From Euprymna scolopes (Eukaryota), in NCBI GenBank assembly GCA_053919585.1, contig CM132793.1: a DNA stretch of 64,000 bases, one strand, 5' to 3'. The notes under the pieces are model-generated. The model had not been told where the DNA came from and searched no databases. It saw only the letters and a list, made by a program, of their open reading frames with translations. The translations under genes were made by a program, and so were the position numbers. Within the stretch, counting starts at the first letter, position 1, and each line of letters begins with the position of its first letter. Shown one piece after another: positions 1-12,700 of this stretch.

Positions 1-958
1 ACCATAAATAAAATACTAATAACGAACAAGATAAATGCAATTGTAGAAACCGCACACTTTGCCCAGTCCAAAATAAATGTCTAACAAAAAGCGTAGTTTA
101 TCAAGCAATAATATTTGCGAAAGAAAACCCGAATAACAAGAAATACTACATAGGCATGACTTCCTTAGTATTCAAAACCCGATACTATGACCACAAAATT
201 ACATTCAAAAATAAAAAAAACACCGTATAAAAACAACACTAGCGAATAAATACTGGGAACTCAAATAAAGCGGACATTCGCCGGTAGTCGAATGGAAAAT
301 AATGAGACAAGCTACCACATGCAGACATTTAGATGACCCATGTAAATTATGCCTCCATGAAAAATGTTCTATCCTGTACTTTAAAGAACCTTAAAATCTA
401 TTAAACTGTAGGCGAGAAATAACAAACAACTGTGTTCACAAAATAAAACTTACTCTAGGATAGCGATACAAAATAGCTTTAAAACTAACAGTAACAATAG
501 AAAACAAACAACTAAATAAATTAAAGAAACATGAATATACATAAACCATCACACACATATGTATATATATATATACATGTATGTGTGTACACATAGATAT
601 ATTTATATATATAAAAAAAGGAGAACGTCTACCTAAAACCACTAACCTAGTTCTAAAACAGATCCTTTGTTTGATAAAATGCGTGCCCATTTGCTGATAG
701 AAGGGGGCGCGGTGGATACTAGAAAGCTGATTGGCTAACTAGAAATTCTCAATATATATAAAAACAAGAAGCAACCACAGAATTCGCGCATAAGCCTGAC
801 GAATCCTATAGTTGGATGAAACGCAGAATATTCAGTGTAGCTTAATCGCCATATATATTTTATAAATTACTAACTAGCTCTACCTACGTATTGAGCACTT
901 TTGAAGTAAATACTTAAAGTTTACGCATAAATCTATACTTTCGTATATTAGATTTATG
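1..958 (+). mobile_element. Penelope-like element 3' part (GIY-YIG endonuclease plus 3' UTR/pseudo-LTR), degenerate, probably Naiad-type
   Basis: From ~33: KCNCRNRTLCPVQNKCLTKSVVYQAIIFAKENPNNKKYYIGMTSLVFKTRYYDHK, then after a frameshift ..KYWELK*..EWKIMRQ..CKLCLHEK..LLNCRREITNNCVHK. This is the Cys-rich linker, VVY..YIG and CxLCxxEK tail typical of PLE endonucleases. A hammerhead lies downstream. Confidence 0.88.
791..844 (+). ncRNA. Type I hammerhead ribozyme (PLE-associated)
   Basis: taagc CTGACGA atcc-tatagtt-ggat GAAA cgcagaatattcagtg TA gctta: stem I taagc/gctta, stem II atcc/ggat, near-palindromic stem III, GUA cleavage triplet at 837-839. Confidence 0.88.
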
Positions 959-1289
959 NNNNNNNNNNNNNNNNNNNNNNNNNNNNNNNNNNNNNNNNNN
1001 NNNNNNNNNNNNNNNNNNNNNNNNNNNNNNNNNNNNNNNNNNNNNNNNNNNNNNNNNNNNNNNNNNNNNNNNNNNNNNNNNNNNNNNNNNNNNNNNNNNN
1101 NNNNNNNNNNNNNNNNNNNNNNNNNNNNNNNNNNNNNNNNNNNNNNNNNNNNNNNNNNNNNAAAAGCTTTTCCTCGCTAATGTGATGAGAAAGTTGATTA
1201 TCTGCAGAAGTTATATGCATACTGGAAAAGTCCGATACAAAGTGGCATTAACGGATCCATTAAAGTAAATAATTTGAACATTTACCCAC

Positions 1290-1526
1290 CTGGTATGCAG
1301 TAGCAGTTATAACCATCTTCATCTTGTCTTTCCTGGCAGATTCCATTAACGCAAGGTTTGCTCTTGCAACTGCTCATTCGTGTCTGACAATTCGGCCCTT
1401 GGTAACCATGGGGACACATGCATGTATAGTTCCCTTGTTCCATTTGAATGCACGTGGCGTTGTGTGTGCACGGAAAGAGCGAGCAAGTATCCGTCACTTC
1501 TTCTTCACATAACTGACCAGAGAAAC
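1290..1526 (-). CDS. Internal coding exon encoding two EGF-like repeats (Notch/Crumbs/eyes-shut/fibropellin-type multi-EGF protein)
   Basis: Minus strand: polypyrimidine acceptor tttattttctttatcattctccaAG, then (G)FSGQLCEEEVTDTCSLFPCTHNATCIQMEQGNYTCMCPHGYQGPNCQTRMSSCKSKPCVNGICQERQDEDGYNCYCIP(G), then donor GTGGGT at 1289. 237 nt, phase 1-1, canonical EGF cysteine spacing, no stops. Confidence 0.92.
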
Positions 1527-2554
1527 CTTGGAGAATGATAAAGAAAATAAACTCTCTATGATTTAAATTGAAAAAAAAAACAAAACAAATTGAAATGAAC
1601 TCTATTTCTTAGATACGTTCATTCAAACTGCGCGTTTTACGAATTACAGTTTTTTTCCTCGTATAATAGATAAAAATCATACCAGGACGCTGCATATATG
1701 ACTTCATATTCGACAATAAAGACGCGAAACTGATGTTTCAAAACGGATATTAAGAAAATATATCACAGATAAATTTTTGTCACACAATTTCTGTAATGGT
1801 TTTACATAAGGTTTGTATTGCTGTACTTTCATAGATATGGATCTACTTTAACTCATATGTTCATCAAAACGTACACAATGGCAGAGAGAGGGAGAGTGAG
1901 AGAAAGAGAGAGAGAATAGATATGTTGAGAGATACGGCCATATTAGGATAGGTTGGCTACACAAGTGCAGGTAGATCGAGTCATAGTGTAAGCCTTACTG
2001 ATGAAGTTGCCAAACTGGCGCTGGCATAGATGAACGTCTCTAGATATTGAAATGAAATGTACATAACAAAACATGAGCTGATAAAAATAGGAACTTTCTC
2101 TCCCTAATTGTATGACAAGTAATTCAGTCACTTTAACTATCGGACCCCCTTTTATCTACCGCGTATTCAATTGCTTCTTTCTATTTCTTTATAATGGTAT
2201 TAAATTTCCTTACAAGCAAAGGGCAAATTGCATACACACATTGAAAGTCTTGCATTAATTCCATTGTGAAACCTCTTCTCTAGAAATCTGCTTTTCTAAA
2301 TATAATAGATTGCGGCAGAGATATGCATGCACATATGAAGCCTATAATATTCGCATAGAAAATATCTTATTANNNNNNNNNNNNNNNNNNNNNNNNNNNN
2401 NNNNNNNNNNNNNNNNNNNNNNNNNNNNNNNNNNNNNNNNNNNNNNNNNNNNNNNNNNNNNNNNNNNNNNNNNNNNNNNNNNNNNNNNNNNNNNNNNNNN
2501 NNNNNNNNNNNNNNNNNNNNNTTTACGGCATATCAACCCTTTTCAAGTTATTTA

Positions 2555-2775
2555 ATGCCGAATCTAGTTATTTTGAAGAAAAAAAAACTTTAAATAGAAT
2601 TTTTTTTTAATCGGTTTCTATTTAACCCATAGTTGGGACCCTAACAGTTACTACCACTCCGGGTCAGAGTGGAACTGGGAGCAATACCAATTAAGGGGTC
2701 GCTGCACACTCCCCAAAGCCCGCAAGCTGGGGCCTCACCATCAGATATAATGTAAGACCATATCATTGGTCCCCA
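2555..2775. mobile_element. SINE-like dispersed repeat, copy 1 (cut by N-gap)
   Basis: Similar to 4022-4240 (ggaccctaac..tactaccactccg.gtcagagtggac.tgggagcaat..ccacactccc.aaagcccgcaagctggg.cctcacca). Confidence 0.75.
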
Positions 2776-2907
2776 NNNNNNNNNNNNNNNNNNNNNNNNN
2801 NNNNNNNNNNNNNNNNNNNNNNNNNNNNNNNNNNNNNNNNNNNNNNNNNNNNNNNNNNNNNNNNNNNNNNNNNNNNNNNNNNNNNNNNNNNNNNNNNNNN
2901 NNNNNNN

Positions 2908-4960
2908 GCGGGACCAATTAAAACAACGAGACTGTTTCATAGTGCTAAATAACAAGAGCCAAATATTCTTTTTTTTTCACAAAACTCTCAAACAAGAATA
3001 CCATAAACTTTTAAGGAAAATATCATTAAAATTATTAAAAAATCCAACTCGGACATAATTAGGAAAATAAATTAAGATAGTAAGGCAATAATAGATAAAC
3101 TGGAAATCAGTAATATAGAGTAGGTACAATTAGTAATAAAGAAGCAGATATAGTCAGTAAAATCACAATCCTGACATTATTAATAAAACTACAACTAGAC
3201 TTACTAACCCAACTAGACTGGAAATAGATAGGATCAGCGAAAAAATTCTGGACAGAATTATCAGCCAAATTAAAACTACATACAATATAAACCTATGGAT
3301 AAATACAAATGATAAGTTAAGTGGACCTCAAATATGAATAATAAATAAAATTGTTCCTTTCTACAATTTGAAATCGAAAACTACTATCTCTTTATCACGA
3401 AAGAACTTTTCAAGGAGGTGATTGAATTCGCTAAGCTTCTCTCTGATATCTTTGAGGATGAAATTGAAATCATCAGAAAGCGCAGAAATACTGTGCTGCT
3501 AAGAAGAAATGCACAGTGGGCCAAGAAATACTGAATAGGTCAATTTGACGTGAGGATGAATTTTTGGACTGAATTGACAGACCTGGTAGGTTTTGTATAT
3601 CTTATATAATCTAACTCGGATCATAGAAGTTGAAAACATCGGTCTATATAGAGAAGACGGGCTTATGATTATAAAATACTCTAACGGTCCTAAATGCGAC
3701 AGAATGAAACATTCATCCGCAATGAGTTAATGTGGATACGGCTAAAAGTTGAAATGGTTTTTAATGTTAGAAAAGTATTTTTTGATATATGCTTTAATTT
3801 AAAGAATGGGTGGTATGAACCATATAAAAAGATAACGCTAATACCATCGATGTAAACCCATTATCTAACCACCCTAAATTTATTATCAAACATATACCTA
3901 AGTAAATTAGCAAAAGGATTAGAAAAAAAAACTCCTCAAACAAAAGCATATTAAATTCCAACAAAAATCTACAATAAAGCCTTAAAGACAGTGGATATAA
4001 AAATGCACAGCTAGAATATATATGCCGAATATAAACAATCGGAAGAACATTTTTTAATAGAATATATTAGTTTGTTTAAAGTCGGTTTCTATTCAACCCA
4101 TAGTTTGGACCCTAACGGGTACTACCACTCCGTGTCAGAGTGGACTTGGGAGCAATGACAATTAAATGGTGGCTCCACACTCCCGAAAGCCCGCAAGCTG
4201 GGACCTCACCACTGGATATAGTTTAATGTCATATCCAGGACTAGAATATATCGAAACAATACACCACAATAGCACACCTAAAACACACAGTAAAAGGAAA
4301 ATAATCTGGTAACCGCCTTCCTATAATATGATGCTCAAAAGTAACCTAGTAAAGTAAATTTTTAAACCTTATCAAAAAGCATTTCCCCAAAAAAACTGTG
4401 CACAAATTATTTAATAAAAACACTATCAAATAAAACTATAGTTGTAGTAATAATTTATAATACATGATCGAAAAACAACAAAATATTTAATGGTAACTAT
4501 AGAAATTCACCCAAAGTAACTAAATTATGCAACTGTAGAAGAAAGTCTGAATGCGCCCTTAAAGAGAACTGCATAATAACCTCAGTTGTTTACAAAGCTA
4601 CCGTTTCTACTAAAGATAACCCTGACGACAAAAATATTATATTGGCATAGCTGGTAATACATTCAAGGAAATATATACGGCCCACAAATGGTCCTTTGAA
4701 AATCCAAACTATACGGACGAAACATCACTATCTAAATACTTTAATGAGTTAATTAAGATTATCACCAATAGTTAATTGGAATATCCTTAATAAAGCTAAC
4801 ACTTGTTTGTCTATAAATTCATCTTGCTACCTATGCTTTCATGAGAAACTATTTATTATAATGTTAAGAGAGAGATAGTTATACGCTCCTAAACAAAAGA
4901 AGAATATTTATTGCAAACACTATAAGAAATACCTTCTTTCTAACCTCAATCTAATCTGAA
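2908..4960 (+). mobile_element. Penelope-like element (RT + GIY-YIG), pseudogenised, probably Naiad-type
   Basis: RT remnants FLQFEIENYY (~3357), FDV.M..ELTDLVG (~3545) and ENIGLYREDGL (3632-3664; YRDDGL-type). Also KRKIIW*PP (~4292), KLCNCRRKSECALKENCIITSVVYKA..YYIG (4522-4650) and CYLCFHEK (~4824). Many stops and frameshifts. Confidence 0.9.
4022..4240. mobile_element. SINE-like dispersed repeat, copy 2, inserted in the PLE with an 11-bp TSD
   Basis: Direct repeat ctagaatatat at 4011-4021 and 4241-4251; homologous to 2555-2775. Confidence 0.85.
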
Positions 4961-5449
4961 GACTTAAACACCACTTGAAGATATAAATAACGCATAGCCG
5001 AATATGCCATCGGCATACTCTCATCTCTCATGTTGCCGTGAAACATAATACTCAGTGTGGTCTAATGACACTTACCTTGCTGTCACCTATATATCTCTTT
5101 CACTCCATCCTTGATTCGCATATATTAAGTATCTACTCCTTTATGCGCTCTTATATAACTATAAATAACTACATTTTTGTAGTCCAGAGATTCATCATTA
5201 TTTTCTCATATACATATATATATTTATATGTGAATTCTCTATTAGTTTTTTGTCAACACATGTCTGGACTTCTGCTTGCCACCTATATTGTAAACCTACA
5301 TATTACTATACCTATTTCCTCCACCACCTTATCTTATAAACTTTCATGTTATATATGTATATATACATATATGTAACCTTAGTTCTTCTCCTGCCTTTTA
5401 GTGTATGTTTAAATTCTTGTATAACTAAATTTAATTATATATATATATA

Positions 5450-5490
<41 letters not shown>

Positions 5491-5509
5491 TAGATGAATA
5501 AAATGATAT

Positions 5510-8500
5510 TAGATCCGACAACGTTTTGGAAATGGCCATATATTGCATTTTTTCTCATATGGATCTATGTCTCGGTATGAATACGTCTCCATTAGTGTTT
5601 AACTTTTCATTATCAATTATAGTGACACCTCTCTTTTTTCTTATTCCAAATTGACTTCTGATGTAGCCACTTCATTCTCTGCGGCATAATTTACTGCAGC
5701 CCCAATCCGCTCCATTTGAACTTTAGAAAGGCAACCCAACTCACGATGGCACCAGGAGTATTCTTCTTGTCTTATCCATTTCGGTCCCTCATACCAAAGA
5801 GAAAACTTTTCCTTAAATGTATTGATAGTCAAACCTCTGGTGATGTATTCGGCCGGGTTGTCATCTGTTGAAGTGTACTGAAAGTGTATCTTTATGTTAA
5901 AATCAGTTTTAACTTTCTCAGACATTTGAGCTATGTCCTGCAATCTATTCCTTACATATACATTTTTCGTTTGGACGAAGTCAGCCAAAATCCAGGACAG
6001 AATTACTTTAGCATCTGTGATTACATAGACGCCTTTTATAGGAATGTCCTTTAGGGACTCTTTTATAAAAGGGAAACATTTCGTTGCTAAAAATACGGCT
6101 AGAAGTTCCAACGTTGGGAGGGCTATTCTCTGCGAAGGAGCCATTTTCGCTTTGGCAAATACCAAGGATGAATTTCCATCCTGTACTGCATATACTGTAA
6201 ACCCATATGCGGATTTAGACGCATCACAAAAGAGAAATAATTTCGTGTCCTTTCCTTCATCTAAAACTCTCCTCGCAAAGATACAGAGTCAATTGTTGAC
6301 AGGTCACTTGCCAGTGTTTTCCAAACAGAACTTTTAGGAACAGGATCATCCCAATTCAGCTTTACTTTCCAAAGTTCTCTCATTAATAAACGACCTCGCA
6401 CTGCCACAGGTAGGTACAGAGACAAACGATCAAATACCTTTGAGGTCTCCGATATTTTCCTCTTAGTTGATGCCTCCAAATCGCCTGATGGTGGTGAGAC
6501 TGTTTTAGAATCTTGGATAGGGTCATATTGATACCGCAGCACCTTTTCCCAACCAGAGTCGAATCCTGATAACGTCCTATCATCCTCCTCCATTTTCTTT
6601 TGGAGTGTTACACAGTTGGAATTGCAAGACTGTAAATTAAAAGTTCCCTTCTGTAGACGCTCTCTCGCAGATATACAAATCAGATAAGTTTTCTGCATTA
6701 TTCGCAGTTTTCACTAGGTTTCAACATAAAAACTGGATTTCAGTGCCTCCGAACATTCATCCAAATGCATGCAACTTTAACACGTAATTTAAAATAAAAG
6801 GACTTGCATTGAAGCCAAAAATAAGGGTGTTGTACCTGTAGCAATGGAATTTTTCACCTTTCTTCAGAAAAAAGAAAAGCCGATTACGATCCTTTTCCGA
6901 TGCCAGACGAATCATCAGAAATGCTTTTCTGATGTCAACCAACAAGACATATTTGTTCATTCGTAAACGGATTATCACTTCTAGCATATCAGTCATCAGA
7001 CTTATGCCTGGATATGATGCTTCGTTTAATGACACAGAACTCTTTTGCTTATAAGAACAATTAAAAACTGGTCTTATCTTTGTAGTTGTCTGGTCAGTTA
7101 ATTTTAACACATGTCAATGGGGAATCAATGTATAGTCTTTCAATTTTTTATAGCGGTACAATTATTTCTTCAATAATACCTTCGTCTTCTTGCTGTTGAA
7201 AAACTTGAAAGCATTGGTCATACAATTTTTTCTTCTCAAGACCCTTTGTTACTTTATCCAGAATCCGTAAAGATGCACTATAATTAGAAGAAACAGCATT
7301 CAATTCGTCCTCATACCACTGAAGACGCACATGATATAAACGATCTTTAAATGTGATGGAATCTTTAAACTGTTTCACCTTCTCTTCATCCAAGGTGAAG
7401 AACTTTTCGTCAGTAGGTAATCCAATTCCTTCGAGATTAAACATGTTCTTCGACCCTCGCTCAACGTTACTGCTTTAAACCAATTATTTAGAGCGTCTGG
7501 GTAACATTCCCTTGGGTGAATAGCATAATTGATTCTGGAAGTCTTAAGTGGTGTCGTTCCTCCAAAACTTCTGCATAATTTACTTTTGTTTCTTTTCATT
7601 TCTTGACCTTGCATTCAAAGACAAAAGAGTTAACATTTCCGAAGGGGATCAATCCTTTTTGCGTTTCAAAAGCAGCTCCATACATACAAGGAATCATCTT
7701 TAGGGATTCTAGGTACTGGATTGCGTCGATCCCCAGCAACCCATCTATAGTTAATAAAGTTTTCTTGTCATAAAAATGAGCGGCCAGTCTACGATTCTTC
7801 AGATTTCTAAGCATCTGAGGAAGTCTTTCCAGATTATAAGACAGATTTAATTTTGTCGCCAGAATTGGAAGGGTATGCGTTTTGCCAGTGAACAAATTTA
7901 AATCAAAATAGATTTCTTTAAGCATTTTAGGACTTGTGCCTAAAAAAGTTTTCACATCAATAGTGCTATCCTTTGCTAAGGAGAGGCAATTCATTTTTTT
8001 AATTGAATAGTCCAGGTAAGTCCTCCGACTGCCGGTGTCACACAAGCAGTTAACTTTTACTTCCTTATCCCCCTTTTTTCACAATAATTCCAATTATAGG
8101 AGACAGGAAAGCGTTATCACAGTCTTTAGTGTGTAGGCAGGTATCAACCTGCATACTACACGTAACAGTTGAGCACATAGCAGTCATGTGCCCTTTAGAG
8201 TTGCAACTATGGCAACAAATTTTCTTGATGTCCTTAATGGACAAATATTCCCCAAGTGATATCTCTTTAGCCACCGAAAACAAAGACGCAGCTCTCTACA
8301 CCGGGTTATCCTGGCTTCATGGCTATTAGTTGCCACAGTCCTCAGACAAATGTTTATTGCTTTTGCAAAAGTCGCATTTTACCTCGGATCTCAATTCTGT
8401 ATTAAAAGTTTTAAGAGACGAGGTTTCGATCGTCTCCTCTGGCTTAATCTTAGGTTGCAGCCTAGGTTTGGACATCAGTACCTTGGTCGGCTGTCTGGCA

Positions 8501-9160
8501 ACTAGCATTTGTTTCTCTATTCTTGGTGTTTCCTTCAATAGTGTGGACAATGTCGGGTAGGTAGTCCCAGAGATTCGTAAGATTTACTTCGGGCGGGAAT
8601 TTCGCAAATAACACTTGTGCTATTATTATTGCTCCAGCTGACTTATCGTCATATAAGTCACAACTATACGAGACCCTTAGCTCGCACACATCCGCCTAGG
8701 TCTTTATCATAAAATGTGTTAACCCTTCTAGGTTTTTGGGATTATCTAACTGGAAATCTAATATGTCCTTAATTATTTCACCTCTGATCTCCTCCTCGCC
8801 CAAATATTGGTCCTTTAATAGTTTAAGGGCCATAGCGTAACTATCTTCAGAGTGGGAGAGATCATTTATAAGTTGGAGGGTCCTACCTTCCAAGGAGCAA
8901 CTCAAAAAATATAGTCTTTCCGTGTTTGATGTTATGGACCTGGCACACTTTTAGAAATTTGTCAAGAAATCCTTGAAGCTCCTCTTGTCGGTGTCGAAGT
9001 CCTTCCCATCAAAGCGTGGCCTTTTCAACTTTATTTTAAATGGCTCCACAGAAAATGAAGAATGGGCTGTTGGTTTGAAGGGTGGCGATCTCTCATTTTC
9101 TGGAGTAACCAGGTGTCCATGACTAGAGGTTGAGTCAACACTTTGTTTCATTAGATGACG
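5510..9160 (-). mobile_element. BEL/Pao LTR retrotransposon internal region (gag, protease, RT, RNase H), degenerate; integrase and LTRs not seen
   Basis: Minus-strand fragments in gag-PR-RT-RH order: KLKRPRFDG..FKDFLTNF, CDFCKSNKHLSEDC and CHSCNSKGHMTAMC knuckles, CDTGS protease, TTKIRPVFNCS..DIRKAFLMI..FGFNASPFIL, FCDASKSAYG..FAKAKMAP..LPTLELLA..TDDNPAEYITRG..WYEGPKW. Confidence 0.93.
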
Positions 9161-10489
9161 GCCATTACTGTTTTATAAAACCACGTGCGTTACTGACGCG
9201 GATAAAAAAAAGACATTCATTTAAATAGAAATAAAGTCGTTTCGTTGCAATGTGTCAGAATTAGCATACCGACGAGTAGGGGGGGGAAAGACGGTTTAAG
9301 TCTTGCAACGAAATGTCGACGTTGCTTACAAGCAGTCTTTCCTTGTAAAAGTAACAAATTGGTAACGATGATCGAAGTGTAATTTGTCTAAAAGACAGCA
9401 ACAACTACTACAACAACAGTAGAGCGGCACCCCTTTTTATCTACTCCAGCTCTCAGTCAACGAGATTCACGCGTGACTGGAATGTCTATTTAACTTGTAA
9501 GGAATAGGCACTCATGATCTTTGATCAACTGACCACCGGCCGTGTTGGTCACAGCTACCAGCAGCCCTTTCTTCCCCACCGACCTACCCACGTCAAGTCA
9601 ACCAATTCAAAATTCTCACAATTTGGTTTACTTTTTATGACGAAAGCCAGCGTAGTTTACAACCTAAAAAAGAAATCAAAATATACATTTTTGGCTAATT
9701 AAAATTTAACATTAACGCTTAAGGGATTACTTTCATATATAAATTTAACATAAAATGAGATCTCACTTCTTGGCCACGTAGCGGGACATGTAATTGTAAG
9801 CATTTTTCTATTTTGCGGGCTACGGTGGGGGCAGAAAGGGCAGATTTGGTCGGGGTGTTGTCGAATTTCCAAACATTTAAAAAAAATACGAAGTAACACT
9901 TTAAAACATGTGCGGGAGTTCATTTGTGTAAAAGATTTGTTTTGAGAAGGGCTGAACGTTAAATGTTACTTAATTTCTTATAATTGTCAGTAATTTTAAG
10001 ACTGTTCACACGCAAACACGTACACAAAACAATATTGGACCTGTACAATGCAACTGTCTCCTTGAATTGTTTTCTTATCGTTTTGTTTTTTGTATTTTTC
10101 CCCACATGCTCCAACTTCTTATATGACATTTTTTCTAAAGTTTAATCTAAGTGCTATTATGTAAAGTTATTTATTATCCAATGTATTCTGTATTGTTTTT
10201 GCTGCTAACCATGTTTGTTTCCATTCGCGCGTGAATTCAATTTTTGTGCACGCGCGAAATTGCGTACTGTTTTCACTGGCTGCCACGTTTCTTTTCGCGC
10301 GTGCGTGCATTCATTTTCCAGGTATAAAGATATCTAAAAATTCAGAGAAATTGAATTTCAACAAGGGTCGTTATATTTTCTTGGATCCCTTTTCAATTTT
10401 TGCATTTTTAAATCTTCTTTTCTGATTCCATCATTTATGACGGAAACAATCTTCACATCGAAGCAAGATATGACTACATTTACATAAAT

Positions 10490-10552
10490 ACTACTACTAC
10501 TACTACTACTACTAATAATAATAATAATAATAACAATAATAATAATAATAAT
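10490..10552. repeat. (TAC)n/(AAT)n compound microsatellite
   Basis: Direct inspection. Confidence 0.95.
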
Positions 10553-11072
10553 ATATATGGGGGGTATGCGTCTCTGCTTTGTGTTTGTGGTTTTAAGATT
10601 CTTAGCTTAGTTTCTAATGTAATGTAAACCAAAGTGGTGAGTAGTTATTACAATTTATTTAAATAATGGAGGATATTTCGAGAAATAATTACAATTCCTC
10701 CGGCTTAGAATCTTGGATATGAATTTCTTTATTATTCTCTGACAGAAAAATATAATAAAAAAATAAAGTTTTCATGATTATACAGTGCATTTTCGCCCTA
10801 AAACAACATTGTAAGCGACCTGCAATAAAGCGATGGACAGTGGAAATTACGTTGATAAAGAATAAAATTTCATAACTTCGTGAATATCGCAAGAATTTGA
10901 ATTAAATTTTGAGGATAGGTAAACTGAGAGCAGTCCTTTGATGATACAATTTCGATTTATTTGTGATGTGTATTTACGGAAATATTACTTTTTATTAATC
11001 TGCAATATAGCGATTGACACAGTTTTATATATAAACATGTGTATGCATACATACGTACATGCATACATAGAT

Positions 11073-11141
<69 letters not shown>

Positions 11142-11162
11142 TACTATAATAATTATTAAATA

Positions 11163-11208
11163 CCTACAGACACTAGTGTTTCATCCTTTCGGGAATCATC
11201 AGTGCAGG
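11163..11208 (-). ncRNA. Minimal type I hammerhead ribozyme
   Basis: Minus strand: cctgca CTGATGA ttcc-cgaaa-ggat GAAA cactagtg TC tgtagg. Stem I cctgca/tgtagg (one G-U), palindromic stem III cactagtg, GUC triplet. Confidence 0.88.
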
Positions 11209-11224
11209 ATGGCACGTTTATCGT

Positions 11225-11271
<47 letters not shown>

Positions 11272-11611
11272 TTACAACCTTTTATAATTCTGTTCATCTG
11301 CAAATGCATTAGACATATAACCCGGAATTATATCGACCAAAGTCATTAATTTGTACGCATTATCCTAGACAGTTGACCAAATCAGTCGACATTTTTTAAC
11401 ATCGACATTTAAAAAATATCATAAATTACTATACACTATCATAAAACCCGATCGTATATAATCATGTATCGTAAGAATAAGGTAGTCACAAAAAATCCCA
11501 TAAAAATAAAATACGATATGCATGCACAATAAACCATAGATACTCTTACCCATCTACCTTTTTCTTTATTTCTTGCTATCTCTATCTCTCTACTTCTCTC
11601 TTTATATATAG

Positions 11612-11676
<65 letters not shown>

Positions 11677-12394
11677 CTACTCTTTTTTATAAAGAGTACG
11701 CGTCAATGACAATAAAAATGAAATAGCGTCTACTTATGTATATAAGTTAGACTATTTCAGACAGAAACAAAAACGATGAAAACTGAACCGTCTAAAGTTC
11801 ACTCTTTTCTAACGAGTTAAATGAAAAGGTCAAATTATAAACATTTCATACGTATATTCCGTCTGGACTTATATGAAATTAAAGTTCATTGTTCATTTGT
11901 TGCTTTCAAAATCTATTGAATTACGAATCTTTGAAAGGAAACGATTATAAAACACAACTCTGAAAATATAAATTTAGTCCTGCTTCTTTTGATCGACGCT
12001 TTCCTATCACAATGTTCTTTTGTAAATATTATGCATCACTAGCGTAAATAAATTTATTTTTTACTTTTGTTTTATCACGTTTTTGAAGTCGGAATAAAAG
12101 TGCACCATTTGAGTGACGGTCAGATTCTGTTTTTTTATTCTCACACATTGTTTAAACAAGGATTTACAAACAACAAAAAATTCAACTGTGGTAGCAAATG
12201 AATCAACTGTTCTCAATGATTTGAAAAATGGCAAATGCAATATTTGAAGGCAAAATTAATTCAGAAAAGCCAGAGTTTTTTCTAAATTTCGCTTTAATAA
12301 AGTTAATCTTGACAAAATTGGGAGGGGATATTATCGTGACCAACATTTGTTATAGCATCTTATATACAGATATTATCATAATAATACAGAGGGG

Positions 12395-12700
12395 GGACTT
12401 GAGCTCCAATCTCTAGTCCCCCTTCGCCAATCTTTCACGAAAAACACCCGTCTAGCTAAAACCACTGTCAGTAATTTCCCCACTCTTTATATGTGCCTAA
12501 TTCAAAACGTAGATTCTATGAATAAAGCTTCTTTCTTAGAAGTGCATACCTATGGAACTCTCTTCCGTTTGCCTGTTTCCCACCTGACTACAACTTGGAT
12601 GTCTTCAAGTTCAACATAAACAAGTTCCTGATGAACCGTCCCCTTATGTAAGACACTTTATCAAATCTCCATCACTAACGAATACTACGATATTGTCACA
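12395..12700 (+). mobile_element. CR1-group LINE 3' fragment
   Basis: ELQSLVP... and LWNSLPFACFPPDYNLDVFKFNINKFL match the CR1 ORF2 C-terminus. Confidence 0.75.

Noticed and set aside
33-470. Selenoprotein-type Naiad ORF
   Set aside because: The in-frame stops I can see are TAA rather than TGA, and there is a frameshift.
1943-2131. Second exon or hammerhead (CTGATGA at ~1998)
   Set aside because: No EGF pattern, the candidate exon is only 41 nt, and the hammerhead lacks GAAA and stem I pairing.
954-2955. ORFs containing X runs, and YIYI/CVCV-type ORFs across the window
   Set aside because: Artefacts of N-gaps and (TA)n/(CA)n/(GA)n microsatellites.
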